Origin: an uncultured Actinomycetes bacterium
Lineage (GTDB): Bacteria; Actinomycetota; Thermoleophilia; Gaiellales; JAICJC01
DNA: 64,000 nucleotides
Assembly (NCBI GenBank): GCA_963797565.1
Contig: CAWCPM010000002.1
Location: 321,560-385,559, forward strand
Direction: 5' to 3'
Below the pieces are notes generated by a model. That model worked only from the letters and a program-made list of their open reading frames with translations, made no database searches and was not told where the DNA came from. Numbering within the stretch: position 1 is the stretch's first letter; each line of letters begins with the position of its first letter. This document shows, one piece after another, positions 35,207-40,369 of this stretch. A program made the position numbers and the translations under genes.

Positions 35207-36871
35207 ATGTCGTATCTGACCCGACTCCACAACCTCGCGACCACACAGCGCGAGCGCCTGCGCACCGACCAGGTGCCGAACTCCGAGGGCGGCTACGTCT
35301 GGGAGGTCGACATCTGGACGCGGCTGCGCCGGTTCCTGATCCTCGGCTCCGAGGCCGGCTCGTTCTACGCGTCGGAGCGGAAGCTGACGATCGCAAACAC
35401 ACGAGCGCTCGATGCCTGCATCGAACAGGACGGCGCCCGCACCGTCGAGCTGATCGCCGAGATCAGCGAGGCCGGCCGGGCACCGAAGAACGACCCGGCC
35501 GTGTACGCGCTGGCACGATGCGCGTCGGCGGCCGACGTCGTCACACGCCGGGCGGCGCTGGCAGCCCTGCCGCGAGTGTGCCGAACCGGCACCCACCTGT
35601 TCCAGTTCGCGACCATCGTGAACGAGCAGCGCGGATGGGGCCGGGCGCTGCGGCGCGCGGTGGGAGCGTGGTACGCAGCACGGGACGCGGACGCGATCGC
35701 CTACCAGGCGGTCAAGTACCGCCAGCGGGAGGGGTTCACCCACCGCGACGTGCTGCGGCTCGCGCACCCGGCGCGGCTGGTCTCGGCCGGCAACCCGACG
35801 CTGGACATCTCGACCGAGCAGGCTCGCCTGTTCGAGTGGATCGTCCGGGGCGGGGACACCGACGGGCTGCCGCGCATCGTCGAGGGCTACACCCGCGCAC
35901 AGCGGGCCGGATCGGCCGATGAGGCCGCCCGGCTGGTGCGTGAGTACCAGCTGCCGCGGGAGGCGCTGCCGTCGGAGCACCTGACCAGCTCCGCGGTTTG
36001 GGAGGCGCTGCTCGAGACGATGCCGATGACGGCGATGATCCGGAACCTGGCGACGATGACGCGCGTGGGCCTGCTCACGCCGGGATCGCCGTCGGTGCGG
36101 CTGATCACCGAGCGGCTGTCGGATGGCGCGCGGATCCGCAAGGCCCGCGTCCACCCGATCGCGCTGCTGGTGGCGGCGCGCACCTACGCCTCCGGGCGGG
36201 GTGTCCGCGGCCACGCCTCCTGGACGCCGGTAACCGCCATCGTCGACGCGCTCGACGAGGCCTTCTACCTCGCGTTCGGGAACGTCCAGCCGACCGGCAA
36301 GCGGCTGCTGCTCGCGCTCGACGTGTCGGGGTCGATGACCTTCGGCTCGATTGCGGGCATGCCGGGGCTCACGCCCCGGGACGCATCGGCAGCGATGGCG
36401 CTGGTCACGCTGGCCGTCGAGCGACACGTCGAGGTGGTCGGCTTCCACGCCGGCCGCGGCGGCTGGGTCGCTCGTCGTCGGGGACGGTTCCAGGGGCGCG
36501 CCGACGCCCTCACGCCGCTCCCGCTGTCGGCTCGGCAGCGCCTGGACGACGCGGTCCGCCGCGTGTCCGACCTGCCGTTCGGCGGCACCGACTGTGCCCT
36601 GCCGATGCGCTACGCGCTGGAGCAGGGACGGGCGGTCGACACGTTCGTGATCTACACCGACTCGGAGACCTGGGCTGGGGACATGCACCCGGCCGAGGCG
36701 CTGCGCCGCTACCGCCAGAGCACCGGCATCGCGGCACGGCTGGTCGTGGTCGGAATGGTCGCGAACCGCTTCACCATCGCCGACCCGAACGACGCCGGCA
36801 TGCTCGACGTCGTCGGGTTCGACACCTCGACACCGCAGGTGATCGGCGGGTTCGCCCGTGGCGAGCTGTAA
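35207..36871 (+). CDS. rsr: Ro60-related protein Rsr (TROVE + vWA domains)
   Basis: ..QVPNSEGGYVWEVDIWTRLRRFLILGSEAGSFYASERKLT..ISEAGRAPKNDPAVYALA.. closely follows the Rsr/Ro60 N-terminus as I remember it. The C-terminal vWA domain has a MIDAS motif, LLLALDVSGSM. SD GGAGG is upstream. Confidence 0.85.
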   Translation: MSYLTRLHNLATTQRERLRTDQVPNSEGGYVWEVDIWTRLRRFLILGSEAGSFYASERKLTIANTRALDACIEQDGARTVELIAEISEAGRAPKNDPAVYALARCASAADVVTRRAALAALPRVCRTGTHLFQFATIVNEQRGWGRALRRAVGAWYAARDADAIAYQAVKYRQREGFTHRDVLRLAHPARLVSAGNPTLDISTEQARLFEWIVRGGDTDGLPRIVEGYTRAQRAGSADEAARLVREYQLPREALPSEHLTSSAVWEALLETMPMTAMIRNLATMTRVGLLTPGSPSVRLITERLSDGARIRKARVHPIALLVAARTYASGRGVRGHASWTPVTAIVDALDEAFYLAFGNVQPTGKRLLLALDVSGSMTFGSIAGMPGLTPRDASAAMALVTLAVERHVEVVGFHAGRGGWVARRRGRFQGRADALTPLPLSARQRLDDAVRRVSDLPFGGTDCALPMRYALEQGRAVDTFVIYTDSETWAGDMHPAEALRRYRQSTGIAARLVVVGMVANRFTIADPNDAGMLDVVGFDTSTPQVIGGFARGEL

Positions 36872-36876
36872 CACGG

Positions 36877-36911
36877 CCCGGGCAGGGAGCGTTCGTGACT
36901 CCCTGCCCGGG
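36877..36911 (+). terminator. 13-bp perfect hairpin after rsr (cccgggcagggag-N9-ctccctgcccggg)
   Basis: Starts 6 nt after the rsr stop. No U-tract follows, so it could be a terminator, an attenuator or a processing/stability element. Confidence 0.5.
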
Positions 36912-36933
36912 GGCGGTCGAACGGCACGCACCT

Positions 36934-37006
36934 GGACGCATAGCTCAGCAGGTAGAGCGCTCGCCCGACATGCGAGAGGTGCCAGGTTCGACCCCTGGTG
37001 CGTCCA
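36934..37006 (+). tRNA. tRNA-Val(GAC) with C33
   Basis: Acceptor ggacgca/tgcgtcc, D arm tagctcagcaggtagagc, anticodon stem ctcgc/gcgag with loop ccGACat (C rather than U at position 33), T arm ccagg-ttcgacc-cctgg. Confidence 0.7.
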
Positions 37007-37008
37007 TT

Positions 37009-37082
37009 GCCCGCGTAGCTCAGAGGATGAGAGCGCTCCGCTCCTACCGGAGAAGCCGCACGTTCGAGTCGTGCCGCGGGCG
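37009..37082 (+). tRNA. tRNA-Arg(CCT)
   Basis: Acceptor gcccgcg/cgcgggc, anticodon stem ctccg/cggag with loop ctCCTac, T arm gcacg-ttcgagt-cgtgc. Only 2 nt after tRNA-Val. Confidence 0.88.
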
Positions 37083-37085
37083 CCT

Positions 37086-37158
37086 GGGGTCATAGCTCAA
37101 CTGGCAGAGCGCCCGGCTCTTAACCGGGAGGTTGGGGGATCGTTGCCCTCTGACCCCA
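37086..37158 (+). tRNA. tRNA-Lys(CTT), non-canonical T loop
   Basis: Acceptor ggggtca/tgacccc, D arm tagctcaactggcagagc, anticodon stem cccgg/ccggg with loop ctCTTaa. T arm ggggg-atcgttg-ccctc, where A and U replace the usual T54 and A58. Confidence 0.7.
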
Positions 37159-37178
37159 TCTGCGGGTCTGCACATCGT

Positions 37179-37262
37179 GGAAGCGATCCGGCTGGATCAG
37201 GAGCCTGTCTCGAAAACAGGTAGGAGGGTCACCTCTTGGGCGTTCGAGTCGCCCCGCTTCCG
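37179..37262 (+). tRNA. tRNA-Ser(CGA), type II
   Basis: Acceptor ggaagcg/cgcttcc, anticodon stem cctgt/acagg with loop ctCGAaa, long variable arm aggagggtcacctctt, T arm gggcg-ttcgagt-cgccc. Confidence 0.85.
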
Positions 37263-37321
37263 CTCGCCTTCGCGGTCTTCGACGGCATCCGGCCGACGCG
37301 GTGGCCCGGTAGAGTCGCGCG

Positions 37322-37909
37322 ATGGCAGACTTTGAGTGCGCAGTCGTTGCCGAGTCTGAGCGAGATCGGGCGACTCGCGTCCTGGTGTCGGCGTTCGAGG
37401 ATGACCCTGTTGAGCGCTGGCTCTATCCGGATGACGCCGTCTATCGAGACCATTTTCCGGCGTTCATCGCGGCGTTCGGCGGTGACGCGTTCCACGATCA
37501 GACCGTCTGGCGGCTGGGGGATTTCGACGCGGTGGCGTTCTGGTTTGCGCCGGGGCGCGAGCCAGATGGCGCCGCGGTGGTACGAGTACTGGTGGAGACG
37601 ACTGCCGAACATCTGCACGCTGATTCGTTCGCGACGTTGGAGCAGATGGCCGAGGGGCATCCCGCAGGCCAGCACTGGTACCTGCCGTGGTTTGGAGTGC
37701 AGCGCACCCTCCAGGGACGGGGACTCGGCACGCATCTCATGCGCCACTGCCTGGAGATCGTGGACGCGAGTGGCTTCCCGGCGTACCTGGAGACGCCGAA
37801 CCCGCGAACCGTGCCGTTCTACGAGCGCGCCGGATTCACGGTCACCGGGACTGCTCAGGCGGGAGCCTGCCCTCCGATCACCATGATGCAGCGGGCCCCG
37901 CGCAGATAG
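37322..37909 (+). CDS. GNAT family N-acetyltransferase
   Basis: Acetyl-CoA motif ..VQRTLQGRGLGTHLM.. and C-terminal ..YLETPNPRTVPFYERAGF... Confidence 0.8.
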   Translation: MADFECAVVAESERDRATRVLVSAFEDDPVERWLYPDDAVYRDHFPAFIAAFGGDAFHDQTVWRLGDFDAVAFWFAPGREPDGAAVVRVLVETTAEHLHADSFATLEQMAEGHPAGQHWYLPWFGVQRTLQGRGLGTHLMRHCLEIVDASGFPAYLETPNPRTVPFYERAGFTVTGTAQAGACPPITMMQRAPRR

Positions 37910-37954
37910 CGCGACTGCACGCGCGAGGCGCCCTTGACGACGGTGCCGGGAACG

Positions 37955-38042
37955 GGATGGGTGGCAGAGTGGGAATGCAGCGCCCTGCTACGGCGTAGGC
38001 CGGCCGCGAGCCGGTCCGCGGGTTCGATCCCCGCCCCATCCG
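37955..38042 (+). tRNA. tRNA-Ser(GCT), type II
   Basis: Acceptor ggatggg/cccatcc, anticodon stem gcgcc/ggcgt with loop ctGCTac, long variable arm ggccggccgcgagccggtc, T arm gcggg-ttcgatc-cccgc. Confidence 0.85.
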
Positions 38043-38056
38043 TCGACGCATGACTT

Positions 38057-38128
38057 TCCGGAGTGGCCGAGTGGACAGGCGCACGGTTGTTACCCGTGAC
38101 CACGTGGGTTCGATCCCTACCTCCGGAG
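38057..38128 (+). tRNA. tRNA-Asn(GTT)
   Basis: Acceptor tccggag/ctccgga (U1-A72), anticodon stem cacgg/ccgtg with loop ttGTTac, T arm gtggg-ttcgatc-cctac. Confidence 0.8.
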
Positions 38129-38139
38129 CTGGCTCAAAA

Positions 38140-38215
38140 GGGGGGCAGGTGTCCGTGGTCTTCGGCACGCTCGTCTGATACGCGAGAGGGCTTGGTTCGA
38201 CTCCAGGGTCCCCCA
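38140..38215 (+). tRNA. tRNA-Ile(GAT)
   Basis: Acceptor ggggggc/gtccccc, large 12-nt D loop, anticodon stem ctcgt/gcgag with loop ctGATac, T arm cttgg-ttcgact-ccagg. Confidence 0.78.
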
Positions 38216-38220
38216 CTCGA

Positions 38221-38291
38221 TGCGAGGTCGTCTAACGGCAGGACGCCTGGCTCTGACCCAGGTAATCGGGGTTCGAAACCCTGCCTCGCAG
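38221..38291 (+). tRNA. tRNA-Gln(CTG)
   Basis: Acceptor tgcgagg/cctcgca (U1-A72, as in bacterial tRNA-Gln), anticodon stem cctgg/ccagg with loop ctCTGac, T arm cgggg-ttcgaaa-ccctg. Confidence 0.82.
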
Positions 38292-38298
38292 CCATCAC

Positions 38299-38370
38299 GG
38301 CACCATCGGCTAACGGATAGGCCGCCGGGTTCTCAGTCCGGAGATCGGAGTTCGAATCTCCGTGGTGCTA
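38299..38370 (+). tRNA. tRNA-Glu(CTC)
   Basis: Acceptor ggcacca/tggtgct (G1-U72), anticodon stem ccggg/tccgg with loop ttCTCag, T arm cggag-ttcgaat-ctccg. Confidence 0.8.
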
Positions 38371-38377
38371 TCACCCT

Positions 38378-38450
38378 CGGGATGTGGCGCAGTTGGCAGC
38401 GCGCGCGGTTCGGGACCGCGAGGCCGCACGTTCGAATCGTGCCATCCCGA
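38378..38450 (+). tRNA. tRNA-Pro(CGG)
   Basis: Acceptor cgggatg/catcccg (C1-G72, typical of bacterial tRNA-Pro), D stem gcgc/gcgc, anticodon stem cgcgg/ccgcg with loop ttCGGga, T arm gcacg-ttcgaat-cgtgc. Confidence 0.88.
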
Positions 38451-38477
38451 CTCTAAAGAGTCGAAATCCCTAGACCC

Positions 38478-38549
38478 GCCTCCGATGTGTTTCTGGCAGC
38501 ACGCTCGGTTTGTACCCGAGAAGATACGGTTCGACTCCGTACGGAGGCT
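38478..38549 (+). tRNA. tRNA-Thr(TGT)
   Basis: Acceptor gcctccg/cggaggc, anticodon stem ctcgg/ccgag with loop ttTGTac, T arm tacgg-ttcgact-ccgta. Confidence 0.85.
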
Positions 38550-38551
38550 CT

Positions 38552-38884
38552 GGTGTCATCCGGAGGGCATCCCATCGCGGGCCGCGGCAGCGCGGCTCGA
38601 GGAAGGTCCGGACTCGCATGCGCGGGCGACCGCGCATCAAACCGCCCCGGGCGAATACCCCGGGCGACGCGCAGGTGGCGCTGCGCGGACGTGCCTGGCA
38701 ACAGCGACGATGACCGCCCCGGCCGCTCTGGCCGCGGATGCCGCGGGTGAAACGGGCTACAGGCAGCGGGCGAGCAACCCCAAGCGTCCGGTCTCACGAA
38801 GACCGGCAGGTCGGGGGCATAGATGGATGATGGGACGCGCCTCGGCGCCGACAGAATCCGGCCTATCGCCCCCCGGCTGACACC
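38552..38884 (+). ncRNA. rnpB: RNase P RNA, bacterial type A
   Basis: P1 ggtgtcatccggaggg / ccccccggctgacacc. Conserved blocks: cGAGGAAgGTCCGGaCtC (P4 5' strand), atCAAACCGCC, GGGTGAAACGGG, GGCAACAG, GAGCAACCCCAA, TAGATGGATGA, ACAGAATCCGGCCTATCG. About 333 nt. Confidence 0.85.
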
Positions 38885-38894
38885 GCATCACCGA

Positions 38895-38966
38895 GCGACC
38901 GTGGTCAAACGGCAACGACTCCTGGCCTCCAACCAGGCGATACGGGTTCGATCCCCGTCGGTCGCT
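38895..38966 (+). tRNA. tRNA-Gly(TCC) with C33
   Basis: Acceptor gcgaccg/cggtcgc, anticodon stem cctgg/ccagg with loop ccTCCaa (C at position 33), T arm acggg-ttcgatc-cccgt. Confidence 0.7.
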
Positions 38967-39030
38967 CCTCGTTCTCGATCGGTACCGGCGCGACCGCCGT
39001 CGCGATAGGCTGGTTCGGGGTGATCGTGCG

Positions 39031-40266
39031 ATGGAGGACCTTCCCAGCGGAACCGTCACACTCCTCTTCACCGACGTCGAAGGGTCGACGTTGCTCGTCC
39101 AGGCGCTGGGTGCCGCCTACCAGTACGCGCTGGACGGGCACCGCCAGATCCTGAGGGACGCGGTCGCGTCGCACGCGGGCCGCGAGGTGGATTGCCGCGC
39201 CGACGAGTTCCTGGCCTGCTTCCCACGCGCATCCGACGGCCTGGCGGCGGCGATCGCCGCGCAGCTGGCGCTGACGTCGGAGGATTCCCAGCTGCGGGTG
39301 CGGATGGGACTTCACACCGGTGAGCCGGAGCTGATCGGCAACGCGTACATCGGGATCGATGTCAACCGGGCATCGCGAATCTGCGCGGCCGGCCACGGCG
39401 GGCAGATCCTGGTGTCCCAGACCACCCGCGATCTGGCGTCGACAGCCGTCCAGTTCCGCGATCTCGGCACCTACCTGCTCGCCGGCGTCGAGCAGGCCGA
39501 GCGGATCTTCGAGGTGCGCGCCCCCGGTCTGCGCACCTCGTCGCTGCCGCTCCGGGCCGAGCACGACACGGGTACCCCGGTCCGCCGCCGGCGTGGCCTG
39601 CGGCCGCGGCGCGCGCCGGCCTCGTCGCAGCTCGCCGAGACCGCCTGGCGGGCACGGAAGCTGGTCGAGCCGGGGCCGCTCCGTGACGCGCTCACGGGGC
39701 TTGCGGCGGCGCTGTTCGACGCCGACCGCGCCGTCCACCGAGCCGAAGCGCTGCTGGGGAAGATCGACCGCCACCGCATCGCCCGCAGGTTGGCCGAGCA
39801 GCGCGAGCTGTCGCTCGTGTCTCCCCCGGTGGCCGAGCTTGCCGCCGGGACAGACGCGAAGCTGGCCTGCCTCGACCGTCTCGGCGATGACGCCCAGGTC
39901 GTATCCGACCTGGGCGCCGAGGCTGCCGCGCTGCTCGATCGGTCATTCAGCGCCCACGCGGTCGAGCAGATCTGTGAACGGCTGAACCTGGCGATAGGCA
40001 CCCTGGACGGGCAGATCACGGTCACCGCCCGCGCGCACGACGCGCTCAGCTACCGGTTGGCGCGCACCCGCTGGCGCGGCGTGTACCGGCTGGACGCGCT
40101 CTACGTCGTCCCCTACCACGACGAGCTGGGGATCGAGCGCCAGCCCGAGTTCACGGACGCCGGTGAGGCCCGCCGCTTCCGCGAAGGCGTCAAGCTGGCC
40201 CGCCAGGCCAGGAATCGAGGACTCGGCTTCGACCTTCCATGGGATGGATCATCGGGTGGGTCCTGA
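39031..40266 (+). CDS. class III adenylate/guanylate cyclase-domain protein with uncharacterised C-terminal half
   Basis: N-terminal ..GTVTLLFTDVEGSTLLVQ..DEFLACF..RVRMGLHTGEP..GIDVNRASRICAAGHGGQILVS.. is a CYTH-unrelated class III cyclase fold. Residues from about 190 to 411 are helical and Arg/Ala-rich with no motif recognised. Confidence 0.65.
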   Translation: MEDLPSGTVTLLFTDVEGSTLLVQALGAAYQYALDGHRQILRDAVASHAGREVDCRADEFLACFPRASDGLAAAIAAQLALTSEDSQLRVRMGLHTGEPELIGNAYIGIDVNRASRICAAGHGGQILVSQTTRDLASTAVQFRDLGTYLLAGVEQAERIFEVRAPGLRTSSLPLRAEHDTGTPVRRRRGLRPRRAPASSQLAETAWRARKLVEPGPLRDALTGLAAALFDADRAVHRAEALLGKIDRHRIARRLAEQRELSLVSPPVAELAAGTDAKLACLDRLGDDAQVVSDLGAEAAALLDRSFSAHAVEQICERLNLAIGTLDGQITVTARAHDALSYRLARTRWRGVYRLDALYVVPYHDELGIERQPEFTDAGEARRFREGVKLARQARNRGLGFDLPWDGSSGGS

Positions 40267-40295
40267 CTCAAACGGGTCGCCGGCCGCCCGTGCTC

Positions 40296-40369
40296 GCGCG
40301 AGTAGCTCAGCCAGGTAGAGCACCTGCGCCACATGCAGGGTGCCGGCGGTTCGAACCCGTCCTCGCGCA
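40296..40369 (+). tRNA. tRNA-Val(CAC) with C33
   Basis: Acceptor gcgcgag/ctcgcgc, D arm tagctcagccaggtagagc, anticodon stem cctgc/gcagg with loop gcCACat (C at position 33), T arm ggcgg-ttcgaac-ccgtc. Abuts the protease gene stop. Confidence 0.7.

Noticed and set aside
33961-38880. Numerous ORF-track entries across the RNA island, for example 33961..34401, 34064..34846, 34578..35159, 35126..37093(-), 37229..37747(-), 37878..38216(-) and 38362..38880.
   Set aside because: They overlie cloverleaf tRNA genes and rnpB, or run antisense to rsr and the GNAT gene. Their composition is Arg/Pro/Gly-rich, typical of GC-rich shadow frames.
33135-40369. Calling the RNA island a mobile genetic element.
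   Set aside because: No integrase, transposase, relaxase or phage structural gene was seen, and I found no duplicated tRNA 3' end or direct repeats at the borders. Only the AT-rich leader hints at foreign origin, so it is not annotated as mobile.
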